A DNA stretch of 63,602 nt, the filler included, from Bigelowiella natans CCMP2755 (taxonomy: Eukaryota > Protista > Cercozoa): NCBI GenBank assembly GCA_000320545.1. It is 6 parts of 6 records of this genome, joined end to end, with 100 filler letters (N's around TTAATTAATTAA, not from the genome) between each part and the next. Parts side by side here need not be neighbours in the genome. Positions count along the whole stretch, not along the records: positions 31,474 to 40,669 come from ADNK01002582.1; positions 40,770 to 46,751 come from ADNK01002644.1; positions 46,852 to 60,956 come from ADNK01003374.1; 3 more parts are not named here. One strand, 5' to 3'. A program made the position numbers and the translations under genes. The first letter of the stretch is position 1. Each line of letters begins with the position of its first letter. This document shows positions 38,280 through 49,662 of this stretch, piece after piece. A model generated the notes under the pieces. The model was given only the letters and a program-made list of their open reading frames with translations, was not told the DNA's origin and ran no database searches.

Positions 38280-39086
38280 AGAAAGTTGGGGGCCAACAAC
38301 AGCAAATTTTAGCCTTGATCCTCCAGATCCTCCACTATTATTTCCTTATCGCATACGCAATGTCACTATCCGCATCGTATATTTTACCCAGATCATCGTC
38401 ATCACAATCACTATCATCGTCATCACCATCACCATCACCATCACCATCACCATCACCATCACCATCACCATCACCATCACCATCACCATCACCATCACCA
38501 TCATCATTGTTAACTGTGAAAATTTGCAATCCCACAATGGGGCCACAAATAGAACAGATTATTGAATGAAGCAACCTTGTCATCATCAAATGTAAATGGA
38601 GTTATATAATTATTATCGTTAGCTCTGACGTTTATCTGATACACGTATGAACCTATTCCCGGCAATGTACATGCATCTATGGGTTCATGCAAATGCAATG
38701 AGCAAAATTAAGCATGCAGTTTATCACAAGTGCATATAAATTTCCTAGATGCTGTAGTGGAAATAGTAGGCGTCATTATTATTGTGAAATGCATGCATTT
38801 GTGTTGTTACACGACGTTTACGTACATGCATGCGTATAAAAGGCGTCAGCGTCCCAGCTTAGCGTTTCAAGCCCATGTCATGTGCCTTATAATGCACTGT
38901 GTGATGCAATATGCACAAGTTATATTATACGAGTCATGTAACATGTATGCCAGTTTGGACAGCGCTATATGCATAAGCTGTGCGCACACCCAGACTACGA
39001 CTGGCACGCATGGCGGTACAGGGTATCTAGATGAACAAAGACATGCGTACACGATCATGATCAGCTAATAGAGACAAGTAGTCACC

Positions 39087-39129
<43 letters not shown>

Positions 39130-39132
<3 letters not shown>

Positions 39133-39507
39133 GGCAATCTTGGAAAATTCATGCTGTCACGTGGACAATGCACAGAGGAAGATGCCACGTGCGATGCATG
39201 TGGCATCCTGAAGGACATGGATCATCTCCTGCAATGTCCAACACATGGTCGAGAACAAATCAGATTGCGCAATCAAATGCGCGCGATCGTGAATCGCAAC
39301 GACGACACGAACCGGCTGACAAAGGCTGAAAAGGACTCCAGAACTGCTGCGCGCAGTGCGCGGCAACATCGGTCGCATGAGGACGCTTTCAAATGCATGA
39401 AACACATTGTGGCAGAAACCAACAGATGCAACATTAGCGCTGTAGCCGCTGCATTGCACAGCTACATCAGGATGACCATGAAAAAATTTAATTCTTCATT
39501 ACATCCG

Positions 39508-39511
<4 letters not shown>
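39130..39511 (+). mobile_element. 5'-truncated non-LTR retrotransposon (LINE) 3' fragment inside a (TA)n tract
   Basis: Encodes CDACG...MDHLLQCPTH...R, a CCHC knuckle typical of the LINE ORF2 C-terminus. Flanked on both sides by (TA)n (about 39090-39128 and 39512-39538). Confidence 0.6.
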
Positions 39512-39543
<32 letters not shown>

Positions 39544-39896
39544 ATAATATGTCTATAGCTGTAGATAAATCATATATGACGCGTGTCTATAATCATTTAC
39601 GTACATGTATATATGTATGCTACATGTGTACAACTGAAGGTCACCAACGCCACAAACTACTCTAGGGACTAGCCGAACTCCAATAGCATAGTATTGCAGT
39701 CATTCGTTTCGCATCATTCGATTGCACCACTTGTTGCGCAGATGCTCAGGCTCTTCGCTTGTTTTGATGTATGCCTTGCTTTTTGCTGCACTATCGAGAC
39801 GAGTTCCTGCATCGCGAACGTATGAGATGAAGAACAATAGCAAAATAATCATTGCAAAATTTTAAAATTCAACGCACCCACGCACACACTCATAGC

Positions 39897-39950
<54 letters not shown>

Positions 39951-40050
39951 TATATAAACATTTATAAATAATAAATATACATTAGACAGAGATACGCTAT
40001 CTGCCCAATAAATTTCGAAGTCAATTCTACGTCGTTGGCACTGATAGTTA

Positions 40051-40669
40051 CTACCAGTTCTTGCCGCCTTCTCTTCGCCGCTTGTGTCGCCCCCCCCCTC
40101 GACCACGGCCACCTCGAAATCCTCCACCACCACCGCGTCGTTTGCGGCTACTTGATCTCTGCAATGGGGTTGCTATGCTCATCTTGTAATGACCAAACAC
40201 ATACTAGAGAGCATGAAATATACATTCGAATTGTCCGAGGTGTCGCGTCAAACCAGAATGCTTCAAGCCCCCTCCCCCCCCCTCCCCCCCAACCCATTTC
40301 AAAAGGCACCTGTATCGCACTTCGCCGGAGATTCTCAAATGACTAATATTTTTGGTGGACAATGCGCAGGAAAGAAAGTAAGTCGTGGGACACAACACAC
40401 GGTGATTTGATAATGAAAATGAGAACGAATGAACGAATGTTTGGAATGCTGAAAGGTTGGAAAGACAGCGGCCTACTGTTAAATGATCTTCAGTCGTCGC
40501 AATTATGGGCAGCTCTTCGCCGTCCACTGAGAGATGCTTTTGCTCTTTCGCTGCACGAGCACCAGACCCTAAGGGGGGGGGGGGGGAGGGGACGAAATCA
40601 ATAATACACATGTCCATATATTCAACTTCCCCCCCCCCCAAGAGAATTGTAGGGAAAAAACTGACAGGC
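40051..40669 (-). CDS. 3' exons of an RGG/basic-tailed, probably RNA-binding protein
   Basis: In-phase joins give AKEQKHLSVDGEELPIIATTEDHLT|SFENLRRSAIQ|RSSSRKRRGGGGGFRGGRGRGGGRHKRRREGGKNW*. Confidence 0.45.
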
Positions 40670-40769
40670 NNNNNNNNNNNNNNNNNNNNNNNNNNNNNNN
40701 NNNNNNNNNNNNNTTAATTAATTAANNNNNNNNNNNNNNNNNNNNNNNNNNNNNNNNNNNNNNNNNNNN

Positions 40770-41556
40770 GGTCCTCCAAAGAGCTAGAGGCTGGCCAACA
40801 GGTGGAAGTCATCGAGTCTACAAAGCTTTCTCAGCACATTGGCTTTTTCGAGTTTATCGGCCTCCCACGCGGCGAGTACATCGTTCGTTGCATCAGCACT
40901 GCTCTCGGCAAGAAGAAGGCCACTTTTGAAGTCTATGCTCCTGAGGTAGATGATATGGGGGTGTTGAAGCGAATGGGGGAGGGGGGGGGGGAGGATGAAA
41001 GGCGTTGGTAGACTCTAAAGTGGAAGTAAGGTTTTTGTGCTGCTACCGTCTGTATACCAAGTCAACGATGACCGATGTGTTGGGTTAATGAAGGTACATC
41101 TCGATCTGTCGGAGTCACACGAGCACATAGAAATGAGCTTCCACGCGGAGTATAAGATGGAGGACGATATGGCTAGTGCCGCAGGGTCCGTGATATCGCT
41201 GCTAGCGGGGCTGATGATCTTCGGCTCTATCGTCTTTCACAGCGAAGTGAAGAGGGGGTATAAGAAATTCGTCGCTATGTTCTCCAGCAAAGGTACGGAT
41301 TACTGGGGACTGGTGTGTCGGGTTAAAGAATGTGTGCGAGAACAATATATAAGGGAAAAGGAGAGGGGGGGGGGGGGGGGAGATCTCCCATGATGGAAAG
41401 ACCGAATATCAAGAAGCCAAATGCCAAAATATCATCGGCATCAGGATTTACTCAGTTTGGTTTTTGATTTTTTGTTTGTTTGTATGAGCATAACAATATC
41501 TAATCCAAACGAAAAAAGGAAGTTGGCGAGTTCGTTACGTGTGCTTTTACAATTGA

Positions 41557-41596
<40 letters not shown>

Positions 41597-41734
41597 CATA
41601 TAAATTTGACAGAAAAGCTGGTGGGTGAAAAGGCTAGAGGCGGCAGTAGCGGCCAAAGTAGAGGGGCCAACTTCGAGACGAAGAGAAGAAGCAATTTAAA
41701 ATCGAGGAAAAAGAACAAGCATAGACGTTCGTAA
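40770..41734 (+). CDS. C-terminal exons of a NOMO (nodal modulator)-like type I membrane protein
   Basis: GFFEFIGLPRGEYIV...|VHLDLSESHEHIEMSF...TM segment (VISLLAGLMIFGSIVF)...|basic tail ending KKNKHRRS*. Confidence 0.55.
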
Positions 41735-42160
41735 ACGGCCGAAGACGGCGGCATAATCAGAGTAGCTATGTGGCAAATTAATGAAATAAGCTTGAGAGAT
41801 CTCCTTGCGAGCGACGATGCAGTAGTGCGACGGCCGTTGTGTATTAATGGCGGGATCGGACATCTTGCGAAAAAAGTAAGCAAGGGAGGTGGTGGCCTTG
41901 CTAGCCTGCTTGCTTTGCGAACAACGACAGAATGGCCATCTAGAGATTGCAAAACAAACACTACTATCCAATGCCTAGATTATTGCCCAGGATTTTGGTC
42001 ATGGCTAGATGGTGCGCCCTGTTGTCACACGCGCAACGCATGTGATTCGATCATATGTACAATGCATGCCCTTTTGGTTGTCTGGTGTGTGAACATGAGA
42101 TCAGCTACAGGCAAATGAGGCATGGTCAATTGTTGCCAGCAGACTACTACACCATGCCCC

Positions 42161-42480
42161 ACATTTGATTTCCCATCTGCCGTCAGTAGGGGAATGACAC
42201 AAAATTTTCATTTCAAAAATTCACCTGCTGACGACCTACTGCTGAACTGAATTGCTAGAATGACATGGCAAAATTGCACGAGCATGACATGTCAAGTGTT
42301 CGACATTTGATTTCCCATCAGCAATCAGTAGCAAAATGTGCGAAAATGCGCAACATGAAAGCTTCACCCACTGACGACCTGCTGCTGAACTGAATTGCCA
42401 TGATGACATGATGAAAATCCCCGGCACATCCCATGTGTTTTGTGAAAACAATCTTTGTTGAAAATGACATGGCAAAATCC
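42161..42480. repeat. Degenerate direct repeat, about 143-bp period (two copies plus a partial)
   Basis: ACATTTGATTTCCCATC near 42161 and 42303; CTGACGACCTRCTGCTGAACTGAATTGC at 42228 and 42371; AATGACATGGCAAAAT near 42259 and 42463. Confidence 0.85.
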
Positions 42481-42532
42481 ACAGCAGAGCATCGTTGAAA
42501 CACTGCAAATTTGTTCTCACCTGAAATGATGA

Positions 42533-43264
42533 ATGAGAACATTCAAATCAAAAAAAGGAAAACCATTGGATGAATGGCTGACTGAAAAACAATTCAGATC
42601 TTTGAAGAACAAAAGATTTTTGCATGCAATGTCGTCTAACATGGACACATGCAAAAGGAAATCTACTGAAGAACTTGTGGTTAAATTTGGGCAAGGCAAG
42701 GGAACTCAACCAGCATCAAGATTAAAAGATTACATGTCATATTGTGGATGCACTGATAGCAAAAGGCCCTGGATGGGTTGCAAATTACATCATTCATTCA
42801 TCACTGAAAAGAGTAAAAAAGTAGCAGCTACAAACTCCATGGTTCACAAACATGAACTAAAATCAAAACAGCATGCTAAAAAAAACAACTTGTTAGTAGA
42901 CAGAGGCGATGAAAGGACATTGATAAGACCAAGTAAATTAATGAGAATGTTAGATTGTAAACAATTTGAAAAACTTACAGACATTGAGTCAAAACGTACA
43001 TGCAATTTACGAAATAAAAAGCAGAAATACATCGTTGAAATATTAGACCATGCAAACAAAGCAAAGAAAAATAACCATCAAGAACCTACTACCTTCAAAG
43101 TGAAATACAGTGATGGTAGTGTTGAAGGAACAATTAGAAATGTGTTACCTAATGATGTTAAATCAAAGAATTTTGACAAGTTGTTTAGAGAATATTATGA
43201 AAAATCAAATGATAAAGACAATATTAAATTAGAAGATGAACATAAAAAACATCTTGGTATTTAA
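42533..43264 (+). pseudogene. Viral-type ORF: putative GIY-YIG/T5orf172-like nuclease plus chromodomain-like C-terminus, hypermutated in its 5' two-thirds
   Basis: FL(H)A(M)...VVKFG...SRLKDY...ELK...RGDE layout; C-terminal KYIVEILDH...FKVKYSDG...LFREY. Excess His/Cys/Met where Tyr/Ile would be expected. Confidence 0.5.
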
Positions 43265-43367
43265 TCATCTACTAAAATATCATACATAGCCCATTTTATA
43301 TCTTTATTAAAATCAAATGGTTTTTTCACAATTTGTAATTTGATAAATAAATCACTATTTTCTGTTA

Positions 43368-43475
43368 TCAGTCTAACATTAGATTCATTCTCATAGAAGC
43401 CATATGTTTTTTACTATGATGCTTGCTATGAGCTGCTAATAAATCTTTCTGTCTTTTGGTTAATTTTTTTAACAT
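43368..43475 (-). CDS. Small basic His-rich viral-type ORF (MLKKLTKRQKDLLAAHSKHHSKKHMASMRMNLMLD*), probably truncated
   Basis: Read directly from the minus strand (below the ORF-track cutoff). The KLTKRQK...HSKHHSKKHM motif is one I recall from small marine-virus ORFs. Confidence 0.45.
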   Translation of the reverse strand: MLKKLTKRQKDLLAAHSKHHSKKHMASMRMNLMLD

Positions 43476-43494
43476 TACATTACTACAGATTTTT

Positions 43495-44226
43495 TTATTC
43501 CAATAAAGGAATATCGTATTTATCAACTATTTTTTTATCAATATCACGACTGGGACCTCCAAATAAAACAGAATACAGACGGGCTCTGCTCCAAGACTCG
43601 GCACTTTGATTTGGACGACTTCCTCCAGAATAGTAAGCTCCTTTGCCTTTGTTCATAATTTCTCTTAAAGATTTTAAAGGAACATCTAAAACTTTAGTCA
43701 TATTAGATAAGGATGTATCACCTTTGAAATACTTGTCAGCTTTAACAGTCCATTTGGATTTCTTGCTTTTAAAACTTCTTAACTTTGGTCTGTCTCTACC
43801 ATAAAAAATACTCTCTATTTGTTTTTTCCTATCTTCTTTACTAAGAGATTTTGGAACATACTTCTCATTGATGCTTATCTTATATTTTTTAATTTTATCT
43901 TGAACCTTTTTGCTATTAATCCAATCAAAACCAGCATCTCCCCCCCATCCGGCCCAACTTACGGCACCTCTTCTCCTGTTTCTTTGTCCTTGATCCATTG
44001 GTTTCCCTTGTGCTTTCCATTTGTCATAACCTATTTTTGATACGTATTGATGTCTACTAAACCAAGCATTCATCACCACAATATCTTCAATGTCTATAGC
44101 ATCGTCATATGCTAATTGCTTTGCTCTGTTTATTCCTGTCTCTGTCATTCCTTTCCAACCTATTTTTTTCAATTTCAATGCTAATCTTGCTTTCTTTCTT
44201 ACTTTTATTGGTATTTTTAATTTCAT
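43495..44226 (-). CDS. Viral hypothetical protein with two domains: phage-like GINRAKQLA...WGGDAG domain plus DUF5824-like GAYYSGGSRPNQSAESW domain
   Basis: Intact 243-aa ORF. Both motifs are recalled from phage and algal-virus/PLV hypothetical proteins. Confidence 0.65.
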   Translation of the reverse strand: MKLKIPIKVRKKARLALKLKKIGWKGMTETGINRAKQLAYDDAIDIEDIVVMNAWFSRHQYVSKIGYDKWKAQGKPMDQGQRNRRRGAVSWAGWGGDAGFDWINSKKVQDKIKKYKISINEKYVPKSLSKEDRKKQIESIFYGRDRPKLRSFKSKKSKWTVKADKYFKGDTSLSNMTKVLDVPLKSLREIMNKGKGAYYSGGSRPNQSAESWSRARLYSVLFGGPSRDIDKKIVDKYDIPLLE

Positions 44227-44539
44227 TATTTAATTTGAGAAGATTTTTTATATGCTTTTTAGTGTGTATATGATGTTTATAATATTTTTTAATCACATGT
44301 CTATCACAGAAGGGACAGTATATTTTATCGTGTTTTGTTTTATCTTCATAATAATCTCTGGCATAACAATTAATATAATCTCTATTATCTATTCTATATT
44401 GTTTTATGTCTCTACCTGGAATATTTTTATTAACACATTTTATTTTTATTTTTTCTTCAGCTATTAGTTCTGCTTCTTTCTTTCTTTTCTGATAAACAGA
44501 TATTTTTTTAGCATCCTTTTCTAATATAACTTTAAACAT
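44105..44539 (-). CDS. Lys-rich viral-type protein with C2H2 zinc finger
   Basis: IYCPFCDRHVIKKYYKHHIHTKKHIKN; the ORF overlaps the start of the next viral ORF. Confidence 0.55.
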   Translation of the reverse strand: MFKVILEKDAKKISVYQKRKKEAELIAEEKIKIKCVNKNIPGRDIKQYRIDNRDYINCYARDYYEDKTKHDKIYCPFCDRHVIKKYYKHHIHTKKHIKNLLKLNNEIKNTNKSKKESKISIEIEKNRLERNDRDRNKQSKAISI

Positions 44540-44560
44540 ATAATTATCTCTTTTTAAAAT

Positions 44561-45680
44561 TTGATACGAAGAGCAAAAATTACCAAAACCTTTTTCACAT
44601 GCTATGTTATATGCTTTGATGAGGTTTATATGTATTCACTACATCAACTATCAAAAATTAAGTTATTTATGGATAAGCATGTTGATAAAAAATTTATTGC
44701 TACTGGTGATTTAGCTCAATTGGATCCCATTGAAAACGAATATCTGTTTAACAACATCAAAGACCTTGATGTTAGAACAACTGAAGCTATGAATGATATG
44801 TTCCCTAATCAAATCACTCTTAAAATCTGTAAGAGAGTAAAAACAGACGAGGAAAGAAATACTCTTGCACGATTAAAACAAGAAATATTTGATGTAAAAA
44901 CTAAACCATTTGATGTGCTAAAAAAATATTTTAAAGTTCTTGAAAGTATGGATAAAGTAAAGACTCTTAACAATATTACCTTCTACAACTTTAGATCCCG
45001 TTCAGTAGGTAAGTATATCCACGGTCTACAAAAGAAACCGAGAAAAAAAGTTTATGTAGATGGTATTTGCTACTATGCTGGTATGGAGATTGTGTGTAAA
45101 AAGTATAGTAAGAAACCAAAACTATATGTGAACTACACTTATGAAATTATCAAAGTAAGTAAAAAAGAATTTGTAATACAGGATGTATGTGATTTGGAAG
45201 AAATAAAAGTACCTTTAGAATTAATTAGTAAGCATTTTAGATTATCATATGCCTCTACCTGTCATAGTTTCCAAGGATTATCAGTAGATGGCCCTATCAC
45301 CGTATTCGATACTAACACCTGTAGAATTAATCGCAAGTGGCTCTGGACTGCTATAACTCGTTTAACTGACCTATCACAGATACAAATATATAAGCACAGC
45401 GATAAAGAATGCTACAGATTAAAAGAAAGTATGATTTCTCAAAAACTACGAATGAAAGTATCTTCATATAAATCTCAGGACAAAAGAGGTGGTAGAACTT
45501 GGAAAGATAAAGAATATATTGATGAGGAATGGATAAAAAGAACTGTTAATAATCATCCACAATGTCCTGTGTGTAGATGTGGATTTACTGCTGATAATGT
45601 TTCTGTGGATAGAATTGATAATGCTCTACCCCATCTGTGGAATATTGTAGATTAACTTGTGTGGAGTGTAATCTTAGTAG
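44561..45680 (+). pseudogene. N-terminally truncated SF1 (RecD/Pif1-like) helicase with C-terminal HNH-like zinc domain, frameshifted
   Basis: Walker B ICFDEVYM, ATGDLAQLDPI, YASTCHSFQG, WTAITR; no Walker A. Then CPVC...VDRIDNALPH, with the completing CRLTCVECN in another frame just after about 45645. Confidence 0.75.
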
Positions 45681-46039
45681 AAATAACCAACAAACATATC
45701 CAGCATTTGGTGAATACACTCCTCAGGATGTTGAATTCGAAGATGGCTTTGAGGATCAATGGGTGAAACCTGGGTGCGAAAACACCATCACTGGGCTGGA
45801 GCTTTGAGGCATCGTGTGCCCGAAAAATTGATGCTATCTTTGCCATGTCGGCCACACGTGTCAGTTCTTCACCGGAGACTCTCCACGCTGCTGAGCATTC
45901 TTCCGAGTAATTAATCTTCGGACACTAACGGACACTAACGGGCAATACCGGAAATACTCCCGGTAATGCTCTTTCCGGGGATTCGCCGCAACGAGAGTCT
46001 CACGTGAAGATCTTCACACCAGACTCGAAATCAGACTCG

Positions 46040-46751
46040 ATGAAGCGTAGTGGATCTTTTGACGGGAAAAGGAAGGTAGATGAAAGAATCCCTAGCAGGA
46101 GAAGTTCGAAAGCACAGGTACTTGTCCTACGAGGCTTGCGTTCGGGAGCTTAAGGTTTGATGTGTTCTCAGCGTTCTGAGGCATGGGGAATTCAGATCCA
46201 ACTTGCAAAGCAGGAAATCTTGAAATTGAGGGATGAAAGAAAAGCTTTGAGCATCGCTTGGGCAACGGAGAAGAATAAGGAGAAAGAAGAGGCGCTCAAG
46301 GGTGCTATTGACAAATTGGACGAGGAAATTCAGGCGAAGGAGGCAGAACTGAAGGAAACGATAAAGAAATTCGAGGAGGCAACCCAAGGTTATGAATTCT
46401 GTTAACATCTGAGGAAACAATCGGTGTGCTGAAATATTTATGCGTATGTGTTCAGCCATGGAAATTGAGGAAAGCGGGGGGATAATTTTGACAGAAAACC
46501 CTGCCGGAGGAGAGTATGCCAAAGCCCTTGTTGAAGCAGAAAAGAGAGATGTTGGCGATGTGAAAATCTCCAAATTCCTGCCCATGGTGCTACTGACAGT
46601 GAGCACGGTATTCATCCCTGGTTTCACCGTAATTGCGAAGGAAGAAGCAAAGCGCATGGAGGACAAGGAGATTGAAGGCATTCTTATATTTGGTAGAAGG
46701 TGTTTTCTTCAAGTTTTGAAGGAGTTTCGTCGACTCCGCGAGGAATACATC
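46040..46751 (+). CDS. Spliced coiled-coil protein, possibly Crinkler/RHS-like N-terminal part; truncated by contig end
   Basis: Three in-phase exons (MKRSG...KAQ|RSEAWG...EEATQ|AMEIEE...). Ends LIFGRRCFLQVLKEF, which resembles the LFVRxCY segment upstream of CRN/RHS P-loops. Confidence 0.4.
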
Positions 46752-47637
46752 NNNNNNNNNNNNNNNNNNNNNNNNNNNNNNNNNNNNNNNNNNNNTTAAT
46801 TAATTAANNNNNNNNNNNNNNNNNNNNNNNNNNNNNNNNNNNNNNNNNNNNTGGCTTCCAATATGATGGACGCGTTGGAGCTGCTGCGGATGATTTCTCC
46901 TCGTGTTCTCGCTTTTCAAAGCATTGAGGAGAGCGCAACTTGCATGACGATGGGGTTTTAGAATATCCGAAATCTGGCACGCCCTCCTGCAACGGAAGCT
47001 GCTCTCAGTACGCTGATTGCGTATTTGGCCAAAGGGACTTTTAGGGACGATGCCTTCTATTCCTCACCACGGCAAACACAAGATAAGAGATAATCGCGCC
47101 CGCCCTTCGATCGTATACTGCTGGGCTGTCAACGGGAAGTAGCTAGGAAGGATGATGAAGATGATAAGAAGGAGGAAAGGGCCCGGGAGGGGAGGGGCGT
47201 GGTATGTTCCTGATGTGTTCTGATCCGGTGCTCGCCCTTCTGCCTACGTGTTGGAAAAACACCGATCGTTTTTAGCTAGTGCGACATAATTTTATTCTTT
47301 GTCGCAGGGTAAAATAAGAATGCGTTTCACCAGATCATCCTTGGGATTTCCTGATTTCCTGCGAATTTGTCACTGATTTTGCCCAGATTCGGCTCTGATT
47401 CACCTCGGTATTGCTGTGCTGCCCCTGTCCTCAAAACCCTGCTTCTTTCTCTGTTCTTTTCATGTGTGTGTTTCCCTGGCTGAGCTTGCTCTCTTTTTGC
47501 TCCACAAAAACAGTTTGATGCACAGGTAGAAGACGGATCTCAGGCCTCAGAGAATTCGAATCCCCTCCTCCCTCCCCTTCCCCACTGAAAGAAAGCGACA
47601 GCAACGCGTCGTAGGCTCATCATCTCCTCCTCCCCCC

Positions 47638-49602
47638 ATGCGTGAAGTTGTGACAATACACCTTGGCCAGGCTGGATCACAGGTGCGTGGAAACCTATGC
47701 TATATGACTGGGCGCGTCCGTTCTTGCAGCACAATTACAGCAATTATATCCGTTCCCTGAAGATGATGAATAGCCCCTCCTTTCGTCGTATAGAGAGAGA
47801 CCCATATCTCCGCAACACCAGGTCGGGACGTCGTGCTGGGAGCTGTTTTGCTACGAGCATGGAATTCAGCCAAACGGAACATTAGCGGAGGAGTATAAAG
47901 GAGGTATTTGCCTTTGTCAATGCTCAGCATTCTATTGTAGACACGCAACTTTCTCCGTCCACGGAGCCAATCCCCGCCCCCCCCCTTTCCCAAAGACAAA
48001 TCTTTTCAGACGTTCTTCGGCGAGACGGAATCGAAGAAGTACATTCCACGTTCGGTCTTCTTGGATATGGAACCAAGCACCATCGACGAGATTCGGTCGG
48101 GGGTGTACCGGAGGCTCTTCCACCCCGACATGATGATTAGCGGCTCCGAGGACGCCGCGAACAACTTCGCGCGGGGCCACTACACCGTGGGGAAGGGCAT
48201 GATCGAGGTTTGCCTCGATCGAATCCGGAAGCTTGCAGATACGTGCTCGGGCCTGCAAGGGTTCATGCTATTCAATTCCGTCGGTGGCGGGACGGGGTCC
48301 CGCTTTGGAGCTCTATTGCTCGAGCGGCTGAGCGCGGATTATGGGAAGAAGTCTAAACTCAGCTTCAGCATCTACCCCTCGCCGCAGGTCCGTCTCGTCG
48401 GGTGAAGTGGGGGGAGAGTGCGCCTCTCCTCTTTCCTTTTCTTCTTCTTCTTCTTCTTCGCATGAGAGACTGACGAAGAAGGAGAAGAAGACGAAGATGG
48501 AGGGAGGGAGGGAGGGAGGGAGGGAGGGAGGGAGAGAAAGCAAGAGAGATCACGCACGTATGTGACTCACGCGAGTATATACCCGTGTCTTCCATCACAA
48601 AACGAACAAGCAAGTTAATTTTGAGATTATGGTCCTTTTCATCGCTCCTTGAGCTTCTCTTCGTCCTTCCCCGTCCTGCCTCTTTCGCCGCTACTCCTGC
48701 TGCTGCTGCTGCTGCTGTTTCTGACTAGGTCTCCACATCTGTCGTAGAGCCTTACAACACCGTCCTCAGCACGCACGCCTTTCTCGAACACACGGACGTT
48801 GCGGTGATAATGGACAACGAGGCCATTTACGACCTGTGCATGGAGCGGTTGGACGTGAGGCGTCCATTCTATACCAACCTCAACCAAGTTGTGGCGCAGG
48901 TCATCTCCTCGCTGACAGCATCACTAAGGTAAAACGGAAAAGGGCAGGGGGGGAGCGATGAGTGGTATGGAGCTTGCTTTTCCAGAATAATGAACAGTCG
49001 TCATTAGAAGCGGGGTAATACAGCTTCCTCACTGCATATAGAAGTATGCATGAAAAGCAGTGATGACACCTCTCCCCCTCCCCCTCCCCCTCCCCCTCCT
49101 CCTCCTTATCAGATTTGACGGCCTACTCAATGTGGATATGACTGAATTCCAGACGAATCTGGTGCCGTATCCTCGGCTGCATTTCATGCTGTCTTCCTAT
49201 GCGCCGCTAATCTCTAACTCCAAAGCAACACACGAGCAGCTCAAGATAAAGGATATCACCATCTCGGCCTTTCAGCCGACGAATATGATGGTGCGCTCCT
49301 TCGCATGTGACATTATATGAATTTTGAAAAGAAAAGGAAAACGACACGCGTACAGCCAACACTAATACGATAACAGGTGAAGTGTGACCCCCGCGAGGGG
49401 AAGTACATGGCGTGCTGCCTCATGTATCGAGGCGATGTGGTTCCGAAAGAAACAGGTGCAGGCATTGCCATCGTCAGGCAGAAGAAAATGGTAAGATTTC
49501 CATTATGTGTGTATTAAACGATAGCAGAGACAATTGCATCTTGGAAGCGATGCTCTTCGTTCAGCGAAGTTGCAGTTTGCACGTGTGTGTATGTGTATAT
49601 GC

Positions 49603-49662
<60 letters not shown>

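Larger units (their letters stand above)
42130..45700. mobile_element. Endogenous Polinton-like virus / NCLDV-type DNA virus relic
   Basis: Intronless, very AT-rich, tightly packed ORFs with viral-type domains, unlike the surrounding host DNA. Degenerate direct repeats at the left edge. Boundaries are approximate; no capsid, ATPase or integrase gene is visible. Confidence 0.7.
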
